The position numbers and the translations under genes were made by a program. The notes under the pieces are model-generated. The model was not told the DNA's origin. It saw nothing but the letters and a program-made list of their open reading frames with translations, and did not search any database. DNA of 64,000 nucleotides from the NCBI GenBank assembly GCA_002633005.1, contig NMRA01000020.1, positions 826,803 through 890,802 on the forward strand. The letters are read 5' to 3'. This DNA is from Phoronis australis (taxonomy: Eukaryota > Animalia > Phoronida). Of this stretch, positions 25,101 to 40,100 are shown in pieces (positions within the stretch are counted from its first letter, which is position 1; each line of letters starts with the position of its first letter).

Positions 25101-28100
25101 CCAGCATCGTCTGTTATCTGACTTGTTGTTTACTTGAAATCAGAAAGATATTTTGAGCTTTGTTTCCTGAGTTTGGTGTCCTCTCTGCCATGGAACTTCT
25201 GTGTCAATCACTTCGTAATTTGCCGTGAGATTTTTATATGAGCAATGAGATAGTTATCCTTGCCGTTTAATTGGTATAGTCGCAGCTGATGTCTTTCAAG
25301 AAGCAAACCATATTTAGTGCATCCTTGACTGTTGTAGAAGATGAAGAGATGCTTAGTGAAGGACGAGAGTGCGCACCCACGGATGATGTGGTCAGTCAAC
25401 AGCTGCAGAAGAAATTCTCTCATCTTGACATGTCATGGTAAGAGTGAATTCCCTCATATTTTGTGTTTTTGGTTTGAATTAAGTCAACATTTTAACTAGA
25501 GAACTTCTGGAGAAACGGTAACTGCTTTTTTGGCTTCCCGCATCAGGTAAATGGCTTCCTCTTGAAGTCTGTTTCTATGCTATTTATATTTAGGTGTCTG
25601 TAATCTAAAATGAATTCCAAATGATAATAGGACTAATTGTTTCTCAAAACTAAATTTAGCAGTTCTTTTAATTGCTCGTTGATGACACACTGTTGCACGC
25701 GTGCACTCAGGGTGGCTTGGGGTGGCTCGAACGAGCCCCTCCATTTGACCAAGTGAGGAAAAAGGTCTGCCTCACAGAAACAAAAACTCCGAAAAAAAAG
25801 TAGAAAATGAAACAAAATTCCACTGAAAAGGTCAGAACTATCAAAATTCGGCGAATGCACAATTCATAGCTCTCTGAAGGTACCCCATGAATCTTCGTAA
25901 AAGGTCCACATTTTCCAAATTCGAGCCTCCCATTTTTTAGGCTGGGTGTGTTTATGTGTTGTCATGCAGTAAAGTTTCATGGTAATGGAACGGGGATATT
26001 TGAACTTTCAAGCTGAGGCTACACTGCAGTCTAGTTGAGCAGGATTTGATGTGTTTTTTAATTAATATATTAATTGTTAGAGAGAAATGAGCTTGACATT
26101 CCGCCTCAAAATCATTGCGTCGATGGCTCTGGCGTATCTCGCATTTTATGCCTTGTTTTTCAATCAAAGTTCACTTAAAATTCATCCACTTGCTATGAAC
26201 CTAATGCATGGTGTTGTTAATGAGGACCTTTGACTGCTAACACCATGTAGTCATTTCTGTGAACTGCACTGCTCCTGTTTCATGTCCTTCATAATTCTAC
26301 AACGTTATACTTGAATGGAGTTCTTTGTTATGCATAGCAATTAGAGACTGGTGTCAATTCAATTAATACGATCTCAGTCTTCACTAAAGGGTTTGTCTTG
26401 TTAGTCATTTCTGAATGTTTCTTTCAGTTTTGATGGAGAGTTTGTCAATGAATTGCAAACTTACGTACAGTATGGCCTGGCGAAGGATGTTGAAAAACTG
26501 GGTTCACAACCAGCTCACTTGACTCACCTGCGCAAACTACTCACCCATGCAGCAAAGGATTTCAACAAGTGAGAGATGACTTATGCACATTGTAGCTTGC
26601 AACTCAGATGTGGTTTTGGTTGAAGAATCAAACTTTATACATTTTTTTTGAACTTTAAGCTCAAGCCACAACTTCTTGTCATCGTGACATAAGTCATTTT
26701 TATGTGCCCACGTATTTATGTGGACGCATTATGCCGTCATCTCCATCTGTTCGTTCAGCGTCTATCTGTCCGGCGTCTGCTGTTCTATCTCCAAAACCTT
26801 TTGACGTATGTCCATGACATTGTGCACATATGTTCCTTTAATGGATGGGACGGCATGAGCGAACTTTCAGACGGATCCGACTACCGGTGTGCCTCCTAGT
26901 GGCATTTTTAGTTTTTTAGATTTACCTCAATATCTCCAAAGGTCCTCAACGTATTTTCTTAAAATTTGGCATATAGGCATCTATTTGTAAGGTGACGCTA
27001 TCCTCTCGTTTTCGGATGGATTTGACGTAGTTTGCGCCACCTAGTGGCTATTTTTACTTGTTTTTTAGTCTGTTTTTTTGCGTCCACCCCTCTATCAACC
27101 AAACCGCTATAAGGATGATTGTGAAAATTGGCATATTCTCACTATGAAGAGGATGACCAACCATAATTTTCTGATGATTTAGACTACTGTGGCGCCTTCT
27201 AGTGGCATTTTTTTACACCCGCGGCTGTATCTCCTAAACCGTTTGCAGAATCTTTGCAAAATTTAGCAAGTGTATTCATATGATGTTGACAACAGATGAC
27301 AGCAACTTTCGGACGGATCTGGCTACCAGTATTTTCAAAGATCCTCAATGGATTTTCAGAAAATTTGAAATGTAGGCATCTATTGGTGAGATGATGATAT
27401 CCATCTGTTTTTGCATGGAATCGAAGTACTTTGCGCCGCCTACTGGCCATCTTTCCTGTTTTTGAGTTGGCGTCCACCCCTCGATCAACCAAACCATTCT
27501 AAGGATCCGATGATTTTGAAAATTGGCGTATATGTTCTCAGTGTGAAGAGGACGGTTGACGATAACAAATTCGACTTCTGTGGTGCCTTGTAGTTTTGTT
27601 TTGTTTTACGCCCATAGCTGCATCTCCTTAACACATTGCAGGATCTTTATTAAATTTAGGAATTGTATTTTATTTTATATGAAGCTAACAACATACAACG
27701 ACGTCTTTCACGCTGTGTTTATAGTGACAATTTCATTTTTCTCTTTTCCATAGTTTGTTTCTCTGAAGTTCCTTGACGGATTTTTATGAAATTTGGTAAA
27801 TAGCTTTCTACTAAAGGAGTGATGGCATGTTCTCGTTTTCAGGTAGATTGGACGTTTTTGCGCCATCTAGTGGCTGTTTATGAAACAAATAAAGAACTCT
27901 AGAAGCACACCATTTGCATTGCATTCGTGGGCGCATTTCAACGCTCTGCGTTGTTCTTGTTTAACATTTCAGAGCTTTGTAGGTGCTTCACTTAAAAATA
28001 TTCATACTGATTAGATATTATTTTTATGTCTTGTGCTTCTTTTCCAAATGTTTCTTTTAGAATTTAATAGTGTTATTAACAAGGCTAAACTCATGGGACT

Positions 28101-31100
28101 CGATGAGGTGACGTTTTTGACCGCCTTAGTCTGTGGCCATCCTCATAATGATTGATTGAATGGACTTTTGGTCATACAGTGAAGTTTCCCAAGGTGGAGA
28201 AAGTAGCATGATATCATTGTTAGCCAATGGGGGTTCTAACATAGGTCACAGTTCATCACTCTATCATCAGTTTTCTGAACACAGACAGAGACTTTTTACT
28301 CTGTGCACTTTGTTTTCTTGGCAATATTATGAGAATAGGACTTTAAATTTTCTCAGTCTATAACACGATTGTAAATAATGGAATGGTTGATGATGATCCA
28401 TTTGTTCACAAAATACCAGGTCAAACACTTCTGAGATCGTGTGTAGTGAGCCATTGTTTTTCTGTAAACAGTGGCTCACTTCACATGATCGTAGGAGTGT
28501 TTGTCCCTGAATAGGAGACTTTCAAGTCACAACATAGTTCATGTGGGACCAGATACCAGTGACCTCTAGAGGACGAATGAGGAAGCAGTTTAATGTTGTT
28601 TAAAATGCTTCATTTTTAATTGCATACTAGTTACATTGTAAAAGGGCTTTTTCACAATGGCTGCGAGCAACAAGTAGTTAATAAATTGAGTGTACAAACC
28701 CCGCCAGGACTCTGACTGGCTTTGTCAAACTTGACAAACATCTTGTCAGAATTATGTACTTTGTAGTATTTAGTTGAACATTTGGGGCAGTAAAGTGGCA
28801 TTTTTGTCGATTATTAGTCAAGAGTTTAATGTGATGTCTTTGCGCCTAGACACCAATTGCTTATTTGTGAATGGACTACTAAGACAAGGTGGCCCAGTTA
28901 TGACAAAGTGCCCCAGTGGAGATTTTATGAAATTCAGCGAGAACTAAAAATAGTTTTGTATAAAAAAAGGATATTTAGTTGTGGCTTTTTGCATCAAAAC
29001 TTTGTCGGATATTGACTTCCTGTTCCTCAAGTGGCAATATGAGTCTGCGATCTCATCTGATCAGCTCCCATCGCATCCTGAAAGCCTCCATTCTCTGTCC
29101 AAAGTGGCTGTCGCAGACCTGCTGGAGTAACTTTCATGAAAAGACTAAGGACACAAATTTGGTCTTACTCTCCCTCTTCCCATTTCTTTGTCAAATGAAT
29201 TACAACGTTCTGTCGTTCAGCAACTTTTCCAGACGTGAGGGGTGCTAAACGTGCGATAACGTCTGACTCTTTTGTTAACTGCCCAGCTCAGTCTTTTGTC
29301 CCGTATGATAACAAGCAGGCCAATTATCTCCCATGCTTCAATGGAAACGTATGGTGGTTGCACGCTATTACCGAACGCGTATGAACACAGACAAACCCAG
29401 TGCGTTGGTAATCCGTTTGGACAGAATAGATTGTCTTAACTTCTGTTGTTTTTGAGCGATTTTGGTGATTCAAAAACGGAATATGATCAGCATTTGATGA
29501 GGAATTCAGAAATTCTATTGGTTTAAGCTCAAATATGTTGTAACTTAACTTTCATTTTTAGCAGCCCAACCCAGTCAGGCTAGATACGATCTTATTGGAG
29601 ATTAGAGTAATTATCGAACAAAAGAGCGCAGGCCCGCCAACCATATATGTCAGAATGGAGTTAATCAGTTGTGTAAGATATTGGCTATAGGGGTAAACTT
29701 CCCAACTTGTAGTTAGGCTATAGAATCGAACAAGTTGGGAGCAACGGGATGTCGCCGTCATGGAATGTTTAGTGAAAGAGATGTATTAGCACATCTGTTC
29801 ACTGTTTGGAAATAATTTGTACAAATTTTCAAGCCACTAACTGATTTTATCTTTTGCTGAAGTTAATTTTTTAGAAATAGCTGTGTGAAGCATAAATTTT
29901 TGTCCTAAGTCCTTTCAGTCACTTTTCACAAAACAGACCCCTCGCAGTGCACCGAGTTGAATCTGAGTTCGAAGAACCCTTGTCTTTGATGTTTCTTAAT
30001 CTGAATCTGATTTTGTTTATCATTTTCCCCTATCTTTCCAGAGAGATGTTGATGTTTCTAAGAAAAGTTGAGCTGTGTCGTCAACTGTTCAGCATTGCTT
30101 CAGCCAACCCTGCTGCTACTAAGTTCATTCATGAAAAGGTACTACAACCATATACAACACCATATTTAAGCGTCTCACTTTTTCTTTTATTTAAAAGTAT
30201 CTTATGGTAAAAATTCTTCAGTTAGGGTGAATATCTGCGATTTGAGACACCGAAATGTAAGCCAAAAATAAAATTTTCTTAATTCTGAAGGTTCATCATA
30301 TTTCTCAAAACATCCGACACTGCGTTTTGTGTGTAACAACAGTGTTTTATTAATAATAGGCTTGTTGGCTCTTGAAGTTATCAAGAATGGCCGCTGATGC
30401 AACCTGTTTGTACATCACATGATTTGTAACATCAGCGCCACTGTTTGTTTGTAGTTGATCTTAATTCTTGAATTTAGAACGGTCAGTATTGCCTATTTCT
30501 CTATCCGCCTTTCTATCTGCCAACCCACACGAAGGATCATTATGAAATTTCAGAGAATGTGGATGGCTGGCATTGATTTTTGGTCAGCCCAACTTCCCTA
30601 AACGCAACTTAGCTTTTCTTTGTATGTGCCCAAATTCCAATTTTCGTGAAATTTGAAATTGGCAAATAAATGTTCATCAAGGATGCGACATCACTTACCT
30701 TGTTTCATAGGCATTTGACTTATGTTGTGCCAGTCATAGATTATGTATTACATGACACTAACAAACAATCCACAAAGCATGCTGTTTGCAGTGCAGTGGT
30801 GTGTGCATGTCAATGCATAACATTGCTTTACTTGTTCTGTAATGCAGACAGGAACTCTTCCCTGTTGTTGTAGGAGGACGCTCCCTTAGACATGGAGACA
30901 TTCCTAGAGAGACTGGGACAATGTAAAGAGATAGTAGAGACTGTTGAAGAGAAGGTATTGTGCATAGTGGATGGTTTGGGCGTGCTGCATCAAACTAGTC
31001 TAGGCTACAGAACAGTGTGACTGAATCACTTGATCACATGTCAAGTTAAAAATTTCTATACTGTCCGAAATCTCAGAAATGGCTGATTGAATTGAAGTGA

Positions 31101-34100
31101 AAATTTCAGATACTGTGCTTGATACATTTCAGCTGTCTAAAGCATTATTCATTATTTGCTTGAAGGACTATCAAAAATTGGTCTTCTAGGATTTTTGTGA
31201 AAAAAAATCAAACTTGGAATAATATGAAAACAAGACGATACTTTGGTTAACTGTACTGCATTTTAAATTAAAGAAATTTGGCTGTAGTGTGATATTTATA
31301 CTCAATGTATATGAGCTATGAAATGTCCCTGTCTTTTTGTTTATTTTTCTAAAAACTTGTCACATGACATCCTTACTTGTAGAATGGATCGAGGAAAAAA
31401 TCAAATCTTTAATAAGTCTTTCTATTTTCAGAAAACATATGTCTTTTTAAGTTTAGCTCACACAATTTGGTTTAATACTTGGCCAAACCTGCTGACTAGC
31501 TTGCACAAAACTTTAAATTTAAATAAATAAGTTTATTAAAATTTAGAGGTGAAGGCATTTAACCAAACTTGGTCGTGAATCCAATGGGATATGGTATGTT
31601 CATACTGGTGTCACCTAGAAGTACAGGTTGGGCTGTGATCTAATACAGGCACTAAGTAACTTAGAGAAGGTGGACTTAATAGATAAGCTAACAACTCCTA
31701 GTGTCGCATAAATTGTTTGATAAGAAGAGGCATAGAAACAAATTAGATTTTCTCATTGAGATGTCAGTGTTAGTGCCAAGGCACAAAACAGTCAGTGTTA
31801 TTCTCAAATTTATTTTCTGTCTCTGGTGTTATGGGAATGGAATACCAGCCTGCTCGATGTTGTAAAAGGTATAATTTGATAGCCAGGAGGCCGGCATGCA
31901 TGAGGAAACTAGATGGCCTCTTTGAATGTCTTTAAAGCCTATCTTGAATGGTAACACCTTAATTTGGTTCCTACAGTATGTTAAGAGTATCGCTCTGAGC
32001 CCACTAGTGCCATAGATTGCCAAATGTAACGAACTGTTAGGCGTATTGACTTGCTTTTGCCTACGTCACCGCAAGAATCACCTTTTAACTCAAACAGCTG
32101 TGAATAACACCCTCACACATTGGTGTTCTATTCAGACCCCTATTCAATACAATTGTTACCGGCCTTTTGTTGTTTGTGCTGGGATCTTGCTGTGATGCAA
32201 CATGGCACAGAAAGGCAGCTTCACCTATCATTTGACGGGCTTACATTTGCGTGACTGATTGAACTTGCGTTTTCTTATTTTTCTAACTAAGGCTTTGCTA
32301 GGACTATCTGGTTAGCCCAATACATCTAGAATAACAAAATTCTGTTGAAGTTTGGCTTTAATTCCACTCAACATCAAGACTTTTTGTACGTACACAGGAT
32401 CTCAGCATTTTGTCGTCACCTTTACACTAATTTAGTTTAAACTTTCTAACGTCTTTGAAGGCTTTGTTATAAACAGGCCTAAGCTAGCATTATATATTCT
32501 CACTAAATAAGTCCTATTGTTGTAAATTTTCTAATTTTTATCAAGTTCTGAACAAGGTTATGCTGATCAAATTTAGAGTTTGAGCAGCCCAGCCCAACGG
32601 GCTGGACTTTGATTGATTGAATGTCAGTTTTGATATGTGATATTGTTGTACTGAAATCTTTAGATTGGTTTGTTTTGTGTGGCAGTTGTACTTTTGACTT
32701 ATCGCCTGATTTGGTTTGATAAAGAGATGTTAATCTCAAACATTTATTGACTATTGCAACTTGTCTATTTTGATAGAACAGAAATGTTTGCCCTAATAGG
32801 CAACAACCAATTACTTTGCTGAAGCACTGGTTCAAAGTTTAAATGTTGTACATGATGTGTTTGCCAGTGGACTGTTCCTTTTGTGAGCTGGTACAGAGAA
32901 AATCATCATCTGGAAGATCTAAAAATTTTTAATTCGTTTTGATGTGGTATTGGAATTCCATACTGTGACAGATGTAAAGACTGAAATGTTTGATACTAAA
33001 ATAGAATTTAAATGATGGTAGCAAATTAACTTTAATTCATTCAGTCTCAGAATGAGTGAAGTTGCATTTTGCCCTGTTTAGCTGTCCCTAAACAAAAAGG
33101 GAATTAAGCCCGTTACTCTTATAAAATAAGTCTAAGTACCGGTAATTTCCTTGCCATGATAGAACTAAGTTTTCTTTTACCAAGACCAAGAGTCATACAA
33201 GGCCAAGAAACATATCGAAAAGTCGTCAAATATATTGTCAGTGGTTGGCCAACTTTGAAATTCGAAAGGTGGTGTGTAGAGAGTTTCATTCAAAAGTACA
33301 CAATGCACTCAAAACAACCAGACCATTTCCCGTGACTGGGAACATTGTTGATCAACTGTCAGTGGTCCAAAAGTTAATGCTTCAATTTACATTACAAACA
33401 ATGCTTTGAAGAAGCTCCAATATCCACAATTCTTGTAAATGTAAGAAGTTGAAAAACATGTCAAAGCATTTCTTATCAGTCTTCTGATGGATGCCAAATC
33501 AAAATACAATGAGTTACACTGCTGTTGGTGTGGATCATCTGCACTTGCCAAGACTTTGGTCTTGGTAGTGGTGGACACATACAGTGTGGCGTAATGTTTC
33601 TGTCAGCTAGTTGATTACCCTGAAGATTGTTCGCATTTCATTTAAGGCTATCCAGGCAGCAAAATCATTTTCCTCTTCAACGGCATCCTCTACAGGGGAT
33701 AAAGATGATGTGTTCGATGACAATAAACCGCTGCGCCCCTTCACGTCAAGATACACTTCAAAAAGGAAGGCTATTATTGCACCATCTTCGTTTGAGGTAC
33801 AAAGACTTGTGAGACCCACTGCCTCATCTCTCAACACAGTTTGTCTTACTAGGGTTATCAATCCATGTATTGCATTAAAAAAGCCAACTTTTGATTGAGA
33901 CCATTTTATGTTTTGAAATGCGTCCCAAATTCGTAAAGTTGGAGTTGACAGTTTTTTATTGCTTGAGAGCAGGTTCTAAAAAGTTGGCTTAACACGGGAT
34001 GTCATTTTTAGTGCCGAGCATTGTCTCGAGAAAGAATAACAAACTGTCAGATGGCGTCAAATCATGAAAATCAAATTTCACACAATGCATTACATTAGGT

Positions 34101-37100
34101 AGCTAAGGGTTGGATGTTCATGACTAATGCTTTGGTTACATGTCTGGGGATGCTTGACCCACAATCCTGACGATTTTGAATTCTGTTAGGTTACCTAGGC
34201 TGCTTGGTTGAGCAATTTTTATCATAATATATCAGTACGTAGTGATTAATGTTTTTTATTCAGACTTCTTGCAGGTGCTCCGAAAATTGCCTGATTGGAA
34301 GATATGAAGTCATTGAACTTGGATTTATCTGTGACTGGTCATTTTGGACACGTTCAGTTTTGGCGAACCTTAAATCTAATAGTATGATCTTCTGTGTGTT
34401 GTTTGCAGGTGAAGCTGATGGGGAATTATGGGAAGGCTAGCACTATAAATTTGACAGTGGATGTTCATGCTGGGAAGCTGTACGCTGTCAGACCAAACAA
34501 AGATGTGCTGGACGACTCTAACACTTTTCACGTTGACAAAGGTAAAAGTTAAAATTGTAGCTCAGACTCAATGTAAGTGAGTCATTACTGGTTCACCTCT
34601 GGTTTTTTTGTTTAAAATAGTTTTATGTAGTAGTAAGTTTAGAAATGAAGTCTGGTTTGGGTTTTTAGGTCACTTCGTACTGAGCTGAAGGAATTCCCAA
34701 GTTTTGTGAGTCATAATCCATAATAGTCTAACTTGTTATTTATATCATGTGATGACCTATGAACTTAAGATTAAATACTCTGGGTAGCAGTTAAAAGCTT
34801 CATTGCTGTCCTCAAAAATGTCAGGCTTACCCGACATCATTGTGTGACTGTGCTGAATTCATCATGTTGGCTAAGTTATTGAAATTCATAAGACAGTGTG
34901 TTATAAAAATTCCGTAGTTTGGTACAGTCTCTAAAATTTTGGACTCTGGAATTCAAGACAAAATCTTCTTTATTCTGAAGATTGATGCATGGGTAATTAG
35001 AATTACGCGACATTAATTTTTGTCAATAGAGTCTGAATGTAGACCTTTACGGTTCATGGAGTCCTAGAAAATATCTGTCAACTCATCATGTTCACACGTT
35101 GCCATTTTGTGTGACTTATGGGAGAATAATCATTTGTCGTTGGGCATAATTTTTGACTGGCCAATGTTACCTTTTTAATACGCACTTGCATTATTTGTAT
35201 GTGGGTGCATATCGCCATCATCTCTGTCTGGGTGTCGGGTAATTTTTTTGTCTGTGGATGTATCACCTGAAGCCTTTGAAGGATCGTTGTGAAAATTAGC
35301 GGATGTACATGATTTTAATGGAGCTGAAAATGGATGACTAGGAGTTTCAGACCAATCAGGTATCACTATGCTCCTAGTGACAATGATTTTATGTATGCCT
35401 CAGTATCTTAAGTTTGTAATTCATCAATTGGTTTTAGGAAAATATGATTCTGTTAAGGAGGTGAGGATGCCGTTTCATTTTTTGGTGGCCATTTAAACAA
35501 TTTTGAGTACTTCTTTTTTTACGCCTGCTCCTCTATCCGCCAAACCGCTCAATGTATGGTTGTGAAAACTAGCAATTATGTTTATGATGAGAAGACTGCA
35601 GCTGACTTTGATTTTTGGACAATAGTCATATGTTCCTTCTGTGGTACACCTTAGTGGAAATTTAATTTTTGTGTCCATAGCAGGTATCTCCTTAACATGG
35701 TGCAAGATCTTTGTGAATTTTGGATTATGTGGTCCTGCAGAGATGGCAACAAATGACAATGAGACTCAGACCAATCTTACACCTACAGTAGTTGTGCTCC
35801 CTAATGGCAATCTTAATTTTTTGTTTCCTTTAGTATCTTTAGTTCATGGATGGATTTTTTTGTAAAATTTGGCCAACAGGTTTCTATTGAGTGAGGCAGC
35901 AGATGAATGCCTTTTCATTTTCAGGCAGATTTGAGACATTCTGTGCCACCGAGTGGCCATTTTCGTTATTTCGAGTCGTTTTTTGGCATCTGTCTTTATC
36001 TGCCAGACTGCTCAAGGGAGTAGCAAACAACATTATTTTGTGTTCCGGATGAGGAGAACCTGGCTGATGTTGATTTTCGGACGTGTCTGAAAACCGTAGT
36101 GCACCCAAGTGGTGATTTTTTCCAACATGGTTGTAACTTTCGATTCCTTTACAGAATGTTTGTGGGTGTTTTGCTATAAATGTGACAATGGCTGCCCATG
36201 ACTTTTAGGACAGTTCTGACTACTGCAGTGCCCCCCCATGGCAATTTTAGTCTGCATCTTTGGAGTTGCTTGGCAGATTTTCATGAAATTTGGCAAATAT
36301 TTTTACATGAAAGAGATGTTGATGCCTTCCAATTTCAGACAGGTTTGATGGATTCTACGCCATCTAATGGCTATTTTTAGTATGACGCTGAAAACACCCC
36401 TATAAGCACACCATTTACAGTATAGTCGTGGGCACATTTCAGTGCTCAACCTTGCCCTTGCTCTAAAACTTGGTACATGCTTCGACCTTGATCATAATAA
36501 TTTATTTATCATGTCCCAAACTGGATAATGTTTACCATACTGTCATCTATGTACTTGTATTGTGTAGTTCTGCAGTTGATCAAGAACACTGCTAACAACT
36601 GCCGTCTGGAAGTGTTGGTTGAAGGACGAAAGAAGGACTGTTACCAGTTCACTGATGTCCGAGAGCGGGAACACTTCTGCCAGTTGGTGCAGAGAATGAA
36701 GAATATTCACTCTGTCAGCGAGGAAACTGACCTCATCTCTGTGTTTGTCGGCTCATTCAATATGGGTGAGATTTGAGCAGCTAGTTCAATTTTACTACAC
36801 AAAGCAGCCATTCCTGCCATTGTGGAATAAAAAACTTGGACTTTTGAAGTAGACTGCATGTCCTTAGCAAGGTTAGAAATAAGTTTAGGACTTTACAGGT
36901 ACTGAAAGTGATGTCAGAGGTAAATATTGTGACCTGCCAGGGCTGTTGCAAACATTCTGCCAAATAATTCGGTTCGGTCATTATAGTACGGAATTACTGC
37001 ATAGAATGTCTTGTTTTTATGACTCCAATGTACACTAATTAAATGATTTTACCACAAACCCATCTTTTGCAATGAATAAACCAAATGAGTCCATTTACTC

Positions 37101-40100
37101 TCAGTATTAAAACTAGTCGTGGCGTATTCCTTACTAATCTGAAGGGATATTAATCAACACTGAATTTATGACAATAAACCGTCAAAAGGTGGGTTCGTAG
37201 GGAGCTTTAAAGGCAGCACTGTTGAGTTACAATAGATTTTTTTCTAAACTAATTTTCAATGCTTGGATAATTTAAGTTTTTGTGCCTTGCACAGTGATTA
37301 TAATGATATCTCTCTTCACTGTGTGTTGTCTCACTTAAAACATCCAAAAGGCATACAACTTTCAATTCATCCAGATATACTTGTAATTAGTCTGATGTGT
37401 TTGCTCTGACTCAGCGCGACTCGAATGGTGTTCTTACTCTAGGAGATTCATCATTCCCGGTCGACACTTCTGAGTGGTTTAGGTGCCAAGGTAGTGGCAA
37501 GACTGTGGCAAAGAACCTTAGTTATGACCCTCATGACTTGTGTGCCATTGGGACCCAGGAAAGTTCAGGATCTGAGAGGGATTGGGCTAATAAGGTGAAG
37601 GCTGCATTGTTCGAAGCTGTTGGTGTCGAATACCATGTGGTAAGTTGCAAACATTTTGGGATTGGTACAAAATCACTGTTTTGCAAAATGATTTACAAAC
37701 TTTCGTGGGTAGAAGCCCACTGAGTGTACCCTAAAAGTCAGAATAGTTTTACATTCAATTTTTACGTGTCTGTCTGTGGTCATTTCTTCAACTCTAATTT
37801 TATTTTGTTGTTTTTAGATAATTATGTATTTTCTCATTCTTTGTACTTTAGTCTGTACAGTGTAGCTGCGACAACCCATGTGAAAAAATGATCTACTTGT
37901 TTATTAATTTGTCTTACTCTTTTTTGTTTGAGATGAGTGAAGCATGATCAGAAATACGTTATTTGCTAAATATTATTTCTGTCTGCTCCTAGGTGACCAT
38001 GTGTTCATTATGGGCCATGAGACTGATCATACTTGTCAGACCAGAACATAAAAACAAAATCAGCCATGTCCAGCAATCCACTGTAAAAACGGGCATTGCC
38101 AATGCTCTGGGTAAGAACAAGACTGGTCTTACTAATAACTGTTGTATAATATGGAACGCTTCTAAATGTGCTATATTGAGTGGGCGCATTTTTCTGTCAT
38201 TCTCGTCCGGCAGGCCGGTGTTTGGCTGGCATTTGGTACTGTATCTCCAAAATACTTTGATGAATGTTCGCGAAATATTGAAGACATGTTCCTATCAGGG
38301 ATGGAGCGACACAAGAGAATGTTTGGATGAACTAAAGTACCACACTATTTTCCTTCTGGCAATTTTATTTTTTATGTTAGGCTCTATATCTTCTGAGTTT
38401 TGTGATAGATTTGACAAATTGTTGTCTATTATCTAGGCAATGAGGCCTTCCCGTTATCAGACAATTATTAATCTGCACCTTCTAGTAGCCATTTTTGTTG
38501 TTTTGCATGATATGTGTATTATTTCATTCTTGTTCGCCAAATGATGATTTTGGCTGACATTCGATCGACGGACAGGTCAAATAACTGTAAGAACTCCCTA
38601 GGGGCAATTTGGTGTTGTTTTCGTATCTTTACTTAACTTATAAAGTTCCTTGATGGATTTTCATGAAATTTTGGCAGATAGGTGACTGTCTGTTATAAAG
38701 ATGATAAGACGTTTCCATTTTCAAACAAATTCCATCTGTCATTTGTGCCCCCTGTTGGCCATTTTTGTTATTTTCATGTCAGCATGTTCCCTAGTTTCAG
38801 AGAGACTTCACTATATGCTGTGCCCCCTAATGGCCTTCTTTACTAATATTTATTACACAATATAAATAAGCACCATTGGGAGCATTACAGTTTGCGATTC
38901 AGCTTTAGGGGCCTTTCAAAGCTATCCATGTGTTTAATTTATTGTCAGTGGTTTAGGGTTGTTCAGAGCACCCTGCTCTTCACTGGATTAAGTTGGATTC
39001 AGTTTCAGGTAAGTTTTTCAATGACTAGTTGCCATTTGACTGCTACAATTGATATTAATACCTTCATGGTCTTCAGTCTTTAAAGGGAATACATCTTTGT
39101 GACATTCTGTATTCTGTCGAGCAAGTCCTGCTGTCTATTCCATTACTAGTCCCATAACTAATCCTCATAGTCCCATTTTGGGTTCGGAGGGTAACTTATT
39201 CCCGCCTGGCTTAGAATATTGTGCACACAGTTGTGCATCAAGGGAGTCCTTCAGACACATTATACACCTTTTGTATTTGAGACAGGCAAGGTCAGGGAAT
39301 GTAGTTCTTTGTGAATACCTTGCTTTTATTCAAGACATACAACTGACGCATTTGGCCTGTGTAACTGAACACAGATTAACAAAGTGTAAAAAGTCCAGAC
39401 TGAGAAAATTTTTTATTACTCTAAATAGGAAACCCAGAAGGTGAGGTTGGTCACATTAACTGACAGTATTGTGTAAAAACTGAGCAGATTTTCAAGAGTA
39501 TTGCNTTTACTTAACTTATAAAGTTCCTTGATGGATTTTCATGAAATTTTGGCAGATAGGTGACTGTCTGTTATAAAGATGATAAGACGTTTCCATTTTC
39601 AAACAAATTCCATCTGTCATTTGTGCCCCCTGTTGGCCATTTTTGTTATTTTCATGTCAGCATGTTCCCTAGTTTCAGAGAGACTTCACTATATGCTGTG
39701 CCCCCTAATGGCCTTCTTTACTAATATTTATTACACAATATAAATAAGCACCATTGGGAGCATTACAGTTTGCGATTCAGCTTTAGGGGCCTTTCAAAGC
39801 TATCCATGTGTTTAATTTATTGTCAGTGGTTTAGGGTTGTTCAGAGCACCCTGCTCTTCACTGGATTAAGTTGGATTCAGTTTCAGGTAAGTTTTTCAAT
39901 GACTAGTTGCCATTTGACTGCTACAATTGATATTAATACCTTCATGGTCTTCAGTCTTTAAAGGGAATACATCTTTGTGACATTCTGTATTCTGTCGAGC
40001 AAGTCCTGCTGTCTATTCCATTACTAGTCCCATAACTAATCCTCATAGTCCCATTTTGGGTTCGGAGGGTAACTTATTCCCGCCTGGCTTAGAATATTGT

